DNA of 64,000 nt from Octopus sinensis. Lineage: Eukaryota. The notes under the pieces are model-generated. The model made no database searches, was not told the DNA's origin, and was given only the letters and a program-made list of their open reading frames with translations. This document shows positions 38,001 through 52,929 of this stretch, piece after piece. A program made the position numbers and the translations under genes. The DNA is taken from positions 49,476,001 to 49,540,000 of the forward strand of contig NC_043008.1 of assembly GCF_006345805.1 (NCBI RefSeq), in the 5' to 3' direction. Every line of letters starts with the position of its first letter. The first letter of the stretch is position 1.

Positions 38001-39045
38001 GAGGTGAATTATGTGAACATGACAATGAGGACAGTAGTAGCGATGAAGGTGAAGGGCAAGGTGTTCTAACAAAAACTGAGCAGAACCTTGAACAATTGGG
38101 GAAAAAAATCTTTCGTCAGGGTCGTAATTCTATGAAAGACATAATTATATAAAATAGAGAAGCAGTACAAAAAGATTTTCACTATAAGAGGTGCAGCAAT
38201 ATCAAAGGAAGGCTAACTGGGAAGAGAGTTTTGTATGTGGCAAATGCTCAGATGCTATAAACACTGAAAATGTGCAGAGAACAGCTTCTGTCACATTCCA
38301 GGGAGAAAAAACTACAAGTAGTTGATAGCTTCCGTTACCTAGGAGACCAAGTCACCAGCAGAGGTAGCATCTCTCTGAACTTTGCTCAGGCTATTCTTAT
38401 TCTAGCAGCTACAATTTCAGAGCATCCACCCCTGCTACTGACTTGGTCCATTAAGTTACAGAAGCTATCAACTACTTGTAGTTTTTTCTCCCTGGAATGT
38501 GACAGAAGCTGTTCTCTGCACATTTTCAGTGTTTATAGCATCTGAGCATTAGCCACATACAAAACTGTCTTCCCAGTTAGCCTTCCTTTGATATTGCTGC
38601 ACCTCTTATGTGTCCATGGCTTACACTGGGTACATCTTATAGAGTTTCTACCTACACCGTTTCTACAGGTCGAGAAGGGCCATCTACCTGAAGGGATTTG
38701 TAGTTTGTCTGTCTTCCTGTTCCCTCTTTTAGTAATAGAGCACAAGCATTACGTTCTGTTGGAATTATATAGTTCACTCGTGTTTTTCTGGCTAACCTTT
38801 GTATTGTTAGCGTTGCTTGAATGACTATAGATTTTTCATTCACAAAGTATACATGTTTTAAAAGGCAGTAAAAGATATGAAAATCAGGTATAATAAAGTC
38901 TTTCAGTCTAATTGCTATGAAGGTATGATGCCTTGGACAAAAAAATTAGAAGGAAAAGTTACAGAGGTTTAAAAATAAAAAAAATTGTGCATTTTGGCTG
39001 ATAGCAAGACAGAAATTTTCTGCGTTTAGCGGAGCAGTGTCGACT

Positions 39046-40200
39046 TTAACACATAAAGTGTGACAGGCCATGATTGTGGCCATCAGGCACAGGTTGACAG
39101 GCCACAATATTATCGATTTTCAAAAAAAAAACAAAAAAAGAAATTTATTGAACACAAGAGAAGAACCATATGATAGGATTACATAGCTGCAAATCACAAG
39201 TAGTAAGAGTGTTATAGAAACTATCTGCAAAATAAATAATACAAAAATATATGAAGTCACAAGATCTAAGACTAGACACCATATTAAACCCTGCTCTGTG
39301 TATAAGTAGTATATCTTAACTAGTGAAAGAAAATGACTTAGGCCTCCCTGCTGTTACTAGTTACAAGTATCTAATTTGTGACAAAATATAAAAACCGATT
39401 CTTTGAAAATGATTTAAGCAAAGCGAGCCAAGAACACCCACCTGTTTTATTGAAATAAAAAGAAAAAAAATTCAGATTCAAATAGTCAATTAACTTACCA
39501 TAATTCTTAATTGGAAAGAGATTATCAGAATTTCAAAAATTGTACAACATTAAATTTCAGCCGAAAGATGGCTTAATTATTCATCATGCAATCTCTTTCC
39601 AAATGAATACAACAATTCCCTATATTTTTGTGTGCATGAAGATTTAGCGTTTGTCGTGAGTTCGTATTCTGTGCTATGCTTGCTTCTACGATCTCCAAAG
39701 CTTGATATTTTCAGTTTATTTTGCATTTGAGTGATTCCATGGATCCTGGCCTTGACTCTAATAGTGATTATGGTGACAAGAGTGATGTTTCAGGCGTGTA
39801 CATGCTGTCAGAGGGTGACTTTTCGGTGAACTTTGAGCACACTGAAAGCAGCAATGATGGAGGTGAATTATGTGAACATGACAATGAGGACAGTAGCAGT
39901 GATGAAGGTGAAGGGCAAGGTGTCGGTCCCTGGTTGAGGATTGTTGATCAACCTTCAGAGGACAAAGCAACCACTTGACTTCTTTCTGATTGACTTCACG
40001 AAAAAGTATGCTACAAAGGCAATGGACAAGATGGCAGAAGAACACCAAGTTCGGGGCCAGGGCGATGGACTTTCGCCACAAAGCAGGTTCACCAGTGGCC
40101 AAAGTTGTCCTCTCAGCTGACAATATCCTTGATCTTGACCTTTTTAGGACTATTTTTGAACACGGGTCTCATTCAGAAGCCAAAACCTGAACGATTATCA
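39046..40200 (+). mobile_element. Decayed piggyBac-like element 5' end (TTAA-CACAT.. terminus, acidic transposase N-terminus, then QPLDFFL..TKKYA); least-deleted unit of the array
   Basis: TTAA at 39046-39049. The Asp/Glu/Ser-rich ORF 39739-39978 is followed in a shifted frame by PLDFFL...TKKYA, resembling the piggyBac PLDFFxLF...TNRYA motif. No right TIR was found. Confidence 0.55.
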
Positions 40201-40636
40201 CATTATATGCATGTATGTGTGTCTTCGTTTTTCAGAGTCATCTCTCTCTGTCTCTTCACACACACTAAGAGAAGCACTTCACTTACACAACATCAAACAC
40301 ACACACACATATACATCAATGCTCCCATGCACGGTAACTTCAAAAGAACTTCCCTCGTCATAAAATCGTTTTCTCTTAGTCTCTTTCGCTCTCATTACTT
40401 CAAAAGTTCCCGCAAGCTCATATGTAAAAAAAAAAGTTTTTTCCGGAAATCGACGGAAAGGTCTACTAGAGACGAAAGATCCCCACGTGGGATTTTGTAG
40501 ACAATTTTTTTTTAATCAGAAAGGGGTGGATGTGCATGGCACTCCTCCGACACTTGGAGGATGTCGTATATTTTCTAGGACCGACCCTACCATAAATAAA
40601 ATAGCAGTTTCGGAACAGATGTTTCATACTTATGAA

Positions 40637-40690
40637 GAATAAGCGGCACTGTCATGCTTTTAGCTAAAAGCATGACAGTGCCGAATAAGC
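40637..40690. repeat. Perfect 38-bp palindrome (40645-40682) flanked by the 8-bp direct repeat GAATAAGC
   Basis: GAATAAGC-GGCACTGTCATGCTTTTAG|CTAAAAGCATGACAGTGCC-GAATAAGC. Confidence 0.9.
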
Positions 40691-40892
40691 TAACAAACAA
40701 AAAGAGATCAAAACCTTGAACAATTGGGAAAAAATCATTCGTGAGAGTCGTAATTCTATGAAAGTCATAATTATATGAGAAACAGTACAAAAAGTTTTTC
40801 ACTTTTCCCGTCAGGTTACACAATAGAAATATCTCATTTTTTTTTTTGTCCTTTGTAAGTTATAATTTAGTAATTTACAATAAAAGTTTTAC

Positions 40893-40975
40893 CTTTCTTA
40901 GTCGCTGCTCCTCGTTCTTCTTCTCCGGGTTTTCTTCCAGAGACGAATGAATCAATCACACGACTGGCGCCATGC
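40893..40975 (-). other. AMACR: Putative non-coding first (leader) exon of AMACR
   Basis: The AMACR ATG exon is preceded by a polypyrimidine tract and AG acceptor (25402-25403) only 3 nt upstream, so an upstream exon is required. A minus-strand donor AAAG|GTAAAA lies at 40892 in the CpG-rich promoter shared with RPS17. The 5' boundary is a guess. Confidence 0.5.
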
Positions 40976-41065
40976 TCTTCTATTTCACTTCCGGTTGCTG
41001 TAGGAGTTATTTCCCGTGCTTTTAATTGAATTCTGGGTAACAAATTCTACATCCGGCCTTTCCGT
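40960..41065. promoter_or_regulatory. RPS17 promoter (probably bidirectional): YY1-like GCGCCAT, ETS/GABP-like ACTTCCGG (40987-40994) and TCT initiator CCTTTCC (~41057-41063)
   Basis: The motifs are visible in the sequence. A TCT/polypyrimidine start plus ETS/YY1 sites is typical of ribosomal protein promoters. Confidence 0.7.
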
Positions 41066-41087
41066 ATTTCCTCAGCATTAATCCATC

Positions 41088-45199
<4,112 letters not shown>

Positions 45200-45426
45200 T
45201 GTAATTACAACTAAATAAATTTATAAATCTATAAATTTGGCTTGTCTTTTTTTTTATTCTTAGGACCAATGGATTTGTAGAACCATTAGTTTTGATACAA
45301 AGTACCTAATTGCATTTTTTTTTTAGTTTTGTATATCTAACAGATTAGAAGGAAATGTTTATTTGAAGTACTTTTTACATTGCTGGTAAATTAGGATTCC
45401 TTTTGTAGTATACGAGCAATTTATAT

Positions 45427-45634
45427 AAAGTAATCCCTTGACTATCACGGGTATCATGTTCTGAACCCCGCTCCCTCACGATGGGTGAAAATCTGTGAAG
45501 TAGAAGAGTGCTGTATGTTTTTTAATTATTTCTATAATTTGTATATATTTTAATACAAATGCAAAACAGCACCGCCACGGATGGATTGGCATAAGCTTAA
45601 ATAATAAACTGCGATATGGTGAGGGATTACTGTA
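45427..45634. mobile_element. Tigger/pogo-like MITE
   Basis: Terminal inverted repeats AGTAATCCCT / AGGGATTACTG with TA at the right end. Confidence 0.55.
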
Positions 45635-46061
45635 TTGTAAATTGATTTTGAAGAGGAACTGTTCGGGGAAGATAAAGTTTACATATTACACCAAAAACGG
45701 CTTTAGTTAAAGAATGGACTTCTGCTGTCGCTTTTACCTCTATATTCTACTTACAACTACTACATAGGCACCTGAGACAATTGTTAAAGGCAGGGGTGCA
45801 GATAACCTTGCTTTCAGGTTCACTTCTCATTTGGCCAGTGTCTTCTATAATCCTGGGCCAGCCAAAGCTTTGTGTATGTATCGGTAAGTGTAAACTAAAA
45901 GAATCTTCTCGTGTACACATACTGAGATGTGTGTGTATTTATTTTTGTGCCATATCTTAGTATGTGATGTAATTTGTTTCCAATCTGATGTGGAAATATT
46001 ACCTTGCTCAGAAACAGGTGGAAGTTGGTGATAGGAAGGGCCTCTGGTCAGAAAATCTGCT

Positions 46062-47318
46062 TTAACCATTTCGTTACCAAACCGCCCGAATTTACCTATT
46101 CATATTTAAATGAGAATATCAGAGCAAATCTCTTTAGTACATTCGTGAAAACACGTATTATACTTCGTAAAGAGTTCAACTACAGTTTTGTACAAAAATC
46201 GAAGTGTAATTTTAATTCCGTGAATTTTGGGAGATTTTTTTCCGAAATTTGTTCCTATTGTGTTTTCAAAATTTGTAATTCTGACAAAAAAATGGATACG
46301 AATTTCATTATATCAAGCAGCGAGTCAGAATTCGAAGGATTTTCTACTGAAGACCTTCATAAATCTAACTCTATGACTGAAAAAAAAAAAGCATGTGGTA
46401 TTTGATAATGAATCTGATGTTTCATTTTCCGAAAGTGAAAACAGTGAATCCGACAGTGATAAAGAAAATGAATTGGCACCTGAATGGAGTGAAAATTTAA
46501 AAACTGTTTCTTTCGGTGATTTTTCTGAAGAAACTGGACCAAGCCAGACTTTCCCAGAAGAGTAAAGCCTTAGACTATTTCTTTTTACTTTTTCGAATGA
46601 GCCTATTTGAAATCATTACGGCGGAAATGAACCGTTACGCTAAATGTAAAGAAAACGAAAGAAAGGATAGTGGTTTCCCACAACCTTAAATGAAATTAAG
46701 ACTATTTTGCCATAAATATTATGGGTATCAGAAAGTTACCCAGAATAACAAATTCTATCGTAAAATTTTGTTGTATACCCAATTGAATATTAGCTAATAA
46801 CCCATTTTCTATAGCGATGTTTGAACAAAATTTTAATAATTTTATATTTTGTTGAATTTACCTGCAATTTTCACGCTGAGAGTTGCTGAAGCGTGGAACA
46901 AACTGCCGGCATCGGTTGTTAGTTGTCAGAGCACTGCATCCTTCAAGACTTCCATGCTTCCTGAGATTCGCCAACACTACACTTGATTTTCTCCCCTCCA
47001 TACACACACAAGCATGTTCACTTTCCAGACATTTCTACATTACTGCATGTACTTTATATGCACTTTCTGACAAGTTGTGGTGCACCTGAGCACTTATTAT
47101 TATTATTTTTAATTAGTCACTTTGTGACAAAAATTATAGTATAGAATTGGTTGAGAACATTTCATTAAATTATCTTCCAAAATTCACGTTAATATATTGA
47201 TAAATAAAAAAGTTATAGTTGTTTAATGAAACCAGACTAAATTTATGATTATGTTAGAAATTAATTGAAACACATAAGGGGTGTATTTTGGTCAGAAATA
47301 TAGTAACGAAAGGGTTAA
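46062..47318 (+). mobile_element. Internally deleted piggyBac element with TTAA TSDs and TIRs CC(A/C)TTTCGTTAC
   Basis: TTAA at 46062-65 and 47315-18. The frameshifted transposase remnant reads SESEFEGFS...PEWSENL...ALDYFFLLF...EIITAEMNRYA...WFPTTLNEIK...IMGIRKLP. Confidence 0.85.
46865..47100 (+). mobile_element. CR1/L2-type LINE 3' fragment nested in the piggyBac element
   Basis: FTLRVAEAWNKLPASVVSCQSTASFKTSML followed by a 3' UTR and a (TTA)n tail; same family as 25860-26210. Confidence 0.8.
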
Positions 47319-50300
47319 CTCCATCTGGTCTGTGGAAGCATAGAAAAGTAGACACTAAAATTGATGTTAGTCTTGTTTTATGCTTTGTAGCAAATATCAG
47401 GAAAATCTGTTCCTTACATTGATATTTTCATTACCAAGAGGTTTTGAAAATGATTAACTAAATGGAACCTAAGTGATCTAGGAAGTTCGTAATGTTAGGG
47501 ATGGAGAGATTTTGAAAAAGTTAATGCTGGGAATTCAGTTGCATTAATTTTAGTTTTAGTTCATTCCATAGACTTTAGTTTGTATGACCAGCTTGTTCCT
47601 AATATTCTGACCTTGGTTCTAAGCTGATATTTGAAATATTTAACATGAGCTTTTCATGCTGCAATGGGTTGGATTGTTCAACAGGAACTGGCAAGTCTGG
47701 AGACTGCCCTTAATGCCAACCATTTTACAGTGTACCAGGTGCTTTTTTCTTTTTGTTTTTTACATGACTCAAATCTAAAAGGGGAACTTTGAATTTAGAT
47801 CTCTTTAAAACGGGAAGTTTGTACCACCACCAAGTAGACGCCTCAGATGGTCTGGTATGAAAAGAGTTACTCCTAGTGTTTGATTAGTACTGACTTCCAT
47901 AGGGATTAAAGGTGGATTAGAATTCAGAATCTAAAGAGCTGAAGCAGTTAAACAGGTAGGTTCCAGTTCTGCCAGCTCATTCCTTTTACATCAGCTTAAT
48001 TAAGTTCATTTTTAAAAGTAATTAAAACAGACAGTTTGTTTCCTACAGAAATCTAGTAAACTTCACAGCCCAGTTGAAGTGTTCTAATTCTAAAACTGCA
48101 GTGTTAGTGTATTGAGTGCACAATCTGAACAGACATTCAGTTTTCCTAATGTCTTATATTCATGTTTTACAGGTTTCTACAAAGGCAGGTCATATACAAA
48201 ACCAAATTGTTTTGCTCTAAGTCAACCCTGACGAAAAGCATTCAGTTCATATCTTATTCTCAGCAATAGACTATTAGGTGTACTTTGAAAGAAGTGACTA
48301 TTTTTAGAAGCTCCATTATATATACTAGCAAATCTACCCATCTGTGACGAAGGCATAGACTGAGGGAAGCAGGTCATAGCAGTATGTATTGAAAAATGTG
48401 TAAATGGATTTAATAAATATTACTGGGCGACATCTTAGAGAAATATTGTTGGTGATACTGCATTCTATTGCAATTATATAACGATTTACTCACAAACTGA
48501 AATAGGCTCCCAGCCTCTGCATCATGAATGGTTATGTGGATCACTCCGAATGAAAGTCAGAGCATCCTTCAACCACTACGTAAAAAGTTATTTAGATATA
48601 CTTTTTAGTTTACACTTGCTTATACACTTATGCTTTCAAAGTTCACAAATTTCCTTATTTAAATTACGACTCGCATTTTCGATATACGATTACAAAGCTT
48701 CTTTGTAGACGATATTTTCTGTTTGGTCGACATTAATTTTCAAATTACTGGAGTATGTTGCTCTATTTTTAGTGATGTATACTGGCCATAGGTCAAAATA
48801 CACTTTCTAAAGTCTGGCCCTATGCCTTGTTTGCTGTGAGTGGAATCTTTAGGGTTGCAAAAGAACAAAGACTTACCTCTCACTGTTCTATGTGAATGTC
48901 TGGATATTCTGGTACCAGGGGTTATTTTGATTGACAAAGCTGAGATGTACACAATAGCTGGTTCAAATCCTGCTAGAGGCTGATGCACTTTTTCCATTTT
49001 ATTTTTGCTATTAACCATCCTTGTGTCCCCCTTTGTATCTATGATGGGACCCCCACAAGCTACACAGTGGAAATCCAGAGTTACTTGTAGTCGGCAAATT
49101 TTTACTGAAAATGCAAAGGTGATTTATCAAGGGAAAAAGAAAAAAAATATCCATGAAATAATCACGCTTTCTAATGGCTGTGAAGAGGGAACTGACAGAT
49201 GGACATAATGCCTATTATAGTAAGATAGCAAATCAACCCATATGCAATGGAAAATAAAGGGATAGTATTGCAAATATAAACCCTCTAAATTCATGAACTA
49301 TATGGGTGGGGCTAATCGAGAGTTAAGCCCCGTCGCTGGAATTATAAAAAATAATCAAAAGGTGATTTATTAATACAAAACTCAATATTCACATTTTTTT
49401 CCTCACTAAAAACCTTACCACCTTCCTAATCCCATAAAGCTTTATCACCATTGGTCCAGCTGTTTGACCATGAAAAGAGAACAGACCAACATAATGGGCT
49501 TCACTAAGTTTGCTTCTACCAAATTTGGTCATGAGGTTTTGGTTGACCTATCACTTTCTTGAAGTGCTGTAGAACTGAAGCAAACTTCTCAAACAACACC
49601 CACCACTCCTACTCATCTCGTCTTACCCTGAGGTGCCGACACTGCATTACCACTATTTTTGTCTTTGCTTTAACTAGATTCATTTCTTCTCCTCACCCTT
49701 AAATGCGAGTAGTCATGAAACTCCCCTACAAGAAAATACTGTGTTATCTACCATAAGGCCCCTCCCCTGAGTTTCATAAGCTGCATGGAGACCTCACTGG
49801 TGCTTGTGACACAAGAGAAAAACCTGGTACACAGTAAAGTGGTTGGCTTTAGGAAAAGCAGCCAGCCCTTGGAACCATAAAGGAAAGTATATAACAGTTT
49901 TAATATTCCATATGCAGTAAAGGAACAGAATAGGAACTACCTAATGTTCTATTAAGTAACTTGGCCTGCTAGAAATAAGTCAAATCTGAGGGATTAGATA
50001 CATATATAAAAACAGGTTTGTAAAAACTGAATCAGCTTTGATAGAAGTCCTGCTCTGTCAGAGCTCACCCGGGACTAAGCAATTGCTGTCTTATTTACAT
50101 GGCCACAAATAAGCATAGAAGGTAAAGTGTTGTATAATTAAAGTCTAAACATCTCCAGATAATTAGTCAGCTTCACTATTTGATCTCAATCTGCACTGTA
50201 TCCAAGTTTTCTCCAACAAGGTTGCTATACTAAGGGAAAAAAATGTAAATTTATGCAAAGAGCCCCATCCATATTTTGTAAGTCTTATTATTAGGGACTT

Positions 50301-50920
50301 TTAAAGAGAACATGCTTATAAGTTGAAAGATTTTTAAAAATTTGAATTAACAATTTTAGGAAAGTGAATGAGTGTTGCTATAACAATTTATAAACCCAAC
50401 TTCTGAGAGTATAGTTTCAGTAAGTTAGGAACAAGTTACCTTGCAATTAAAATGGTTTAAATCCTGAATATGTTTGAAGGGTTTTTATTAACTTAGGATG
50501 ACAACACTACTAAGCTCAGGCAGGTAAGTTGTTTAATGAATCAAATCAGTTAGGATGAAGATTCTCAAGACATTTATTCATCACAGTAAATGACTTTCTC
50601 AAAAATCAGTTTAGAAAAAAAAAATCACTTAATATTATTTACAGTTTGTCCTTTTCATTGGACAAACTGCGTCCTTTTGTAGGACGCTGTAGAATGTTTA
50701 AGCAATAAACATGGGAGTTAGTGACCACAGACAGGTAATTCCAAAGTTAAATTAACTAATGTCTTGGCAGACATGTTCAATGAAATCACTGCCAAGCACG
50801 AAAAACAAAACTATTTACAATAAAACAAAAAAAAAAAAGGTGCCCCCTTAATAGCAATATACTGTTACATTAGAAGACTAAGGTACTGATAACTTGGGCT
50901 AAAAAGAAAAAAAAAAAAAA

Positions 50921-51866
50921 AGAGGTTAAAAGGAGAAAGTGAGCAAGGCTTGAAGTAAGGTTGTTTTACTTCACTTTTTATCAAACGACTGAGGATAAAT
51001 TTTACTATTTTCAAAACATTCCTCTTTCAAGTTTGATGTGGAAAGACAAAGAAATAAAATAAGGAAAAAAAATGAAACACTTGAGCTAATTTAAAAAACG
51101 TCTTTAATCAGGACAGCCAAAAATCAAATGGCTAAAGTGAGAAACACATTAAATCATTTACATTTATATATATATATATATATGTATATACATAAAGGTT
51201 GGTTTGGGTTTTTTTTTGCTTTTTTTTATTCAACTGATGCCAACAACTGATATAACATAATTGCAATATTAGCAATTGTAAACATTAATATGCCATGTAT
51301 TCTCATCTATCATGCAACAATTATTAGTCTTCCAGCTTTCTACACTATAGTAAAAGGATAGGAGATGAGTTTAGAGCACTCAGGAAAAAAAAAGAGAGGT
51401 TAGAAGGAGAAAGTGAGCAAGGCTTGAAGTAAGGTTGTTTTACTTCACTTTTTATCAAACGACTGAGGATAAATTTTACTATTTTCAAAACATTCCTCTT
51501 TCAAGTTTGATGTGGAAAGACAAAGAAATAAAATAAGGAAAAAAAAATGAAACACTTGAGCTAATTTAAAAAACGTCTTTAATCAGGACAGCCAAAAATC
51601 AAATGGCTAAAGTGAGAAACACATTAAATCATTTACATTTATATATATATATATATATGTATATACATAAAGGTTGGTTTGGGTTTTTTTTTGCTTTTTT
51701 TTATTCAACTGATGCCAACAACTGATATAACATAATTGCAATATTAGCAATTGTAAACATTAATATGCCATGTATTCTCATCTATCATGCAACAATTATT
51801 AGTCTTCCAGCTTTCTACACTATAGTAAAAGGATAGGAGATGAGTTTAGAGCACTCAGGAAAAAAA
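50921..51866. repeat. Near-identical direct tandem duplication, period 474 bp, downstream of ENSA
   Basis: GAGCAAGGCTTGAAG... starts at 50941 and 51415. The copies differ mainly in homopolymer lengths. Confidence 0.9.
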
Positions 51867-52929
51867 GAGAGGGAAGAAGAAAAAAAAACAGTATTATTAA
51901 ACATCTCCGTGAGCCAATAATTAGCCTGGCTACCCTTCAAGCTATATATATTTCTCCTAGATAAAAATACCACTCTTTAGACTTCTTTCAAACAAATAAC
52001 CAAATATATTGATTTCTTATATTATATATATATACATACATACATAAACACATATATATACATATATATTATAGGAGAGAAGGTAGCTAGAAATCAACAC
52101 CAACTTTCATATACAAACCAAGTAGATAAAGTGAAGCTAAAAAATACACTAAAAACCAAAATATTAAAAAAAAAAAACCCCACTTGTTCCTTCCAAACAA
52201 AATTCAGTTCAATTGGGAACAGGTGTGAAAAGCAATGATGAGAAAAGACAAGAATTTACAAACTAAAATAAAAAAATTATTTTTAACTTTAAATGTAATT
52301 TAAAAAAATTAAAAACCACCAAAAGTGGATAGATTAAAAAAAAGTTATCAAATATAGGAGATAATTAATTAACGATAAGCAGTGGAGTTAGGAAAAGGCA
52401 AGGAAAAAAAAAAGAAAAAATAATTTTATTTTAAAAACTGGTGGGGAAGAAAAGAAGGAAAGAGTACAGTAGCAGCGCTTTTGCTAATATCTTCTTCATT
52501 CACTGGATGACCATTGTATTGAAAGAGGGTTTTAACGGAATATTTCTTGTCTGCAAAAATCTCCAACAACAACAGGGTTACCTCAAAGGTGATACCTGTC
52601 GCAGTTGCAGTGAAATGGCTGCTTGCTTTTTTTTTTTTTTCCTTTTTTCTTTTGTGGTGGTACTTATTGCATTGTGACAACAACAACAACAAAATAAGAG
52701 AGGAGGGAACAAGATTAATTTGCAATTGCATTAGTGTTTCGAAACGAGCATGTGTCAATAATGCAAAGACGGGTGTTAAGTATCATGACTGCTGCTCAAC
52801 TGCAAAACAAAAAAAAAAAAAAAAGACACACATACACGCACACCCACACACACAGTTAAAAAAAAAAAAAAGAGGAGGGAATGGGGGGTGAAAAGAGGCA
52901 GCCCAAGCCAGCAACTATAAAATGTCTGA

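Larger units (their letters stand above)
29085..40803. repeat. Tandem array of 7 related units of 1.3-1.9 kb (piggyBac 5' end/transposase stub + fold-back RTE fragment)
   Basis: The same acidic ORF (..SDSMDPG..) recurs at 29333, 30659, 32425, 34136, 36028, 37862 and 39721, with near-identical flanking blocks. Spacings are 1326, 1766, 1711, 1892, 1834 and 1859 bp. Confidence 0.95.

Noticed and set aside
39990-40190. Ankyrin-like ..IFEHGSHSEAK ORF
   Set aside because: A single weak resemblance inside decayed transposon sequence, with no repeat periodicity.
29085-40803. CRISPR-like or spacer-type array
   Set aside because: The DNA is eukaryotic, the units are kb-sized and near-identical, and there are no short repeats with unique spacers.
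48870-48945. Possible minus-strand exon (acceptor ..CTCAG, donor GAG|GTAAGT)
   Set aside because: It is isolated, with no recognisable protein similarity and no partner exons identified.
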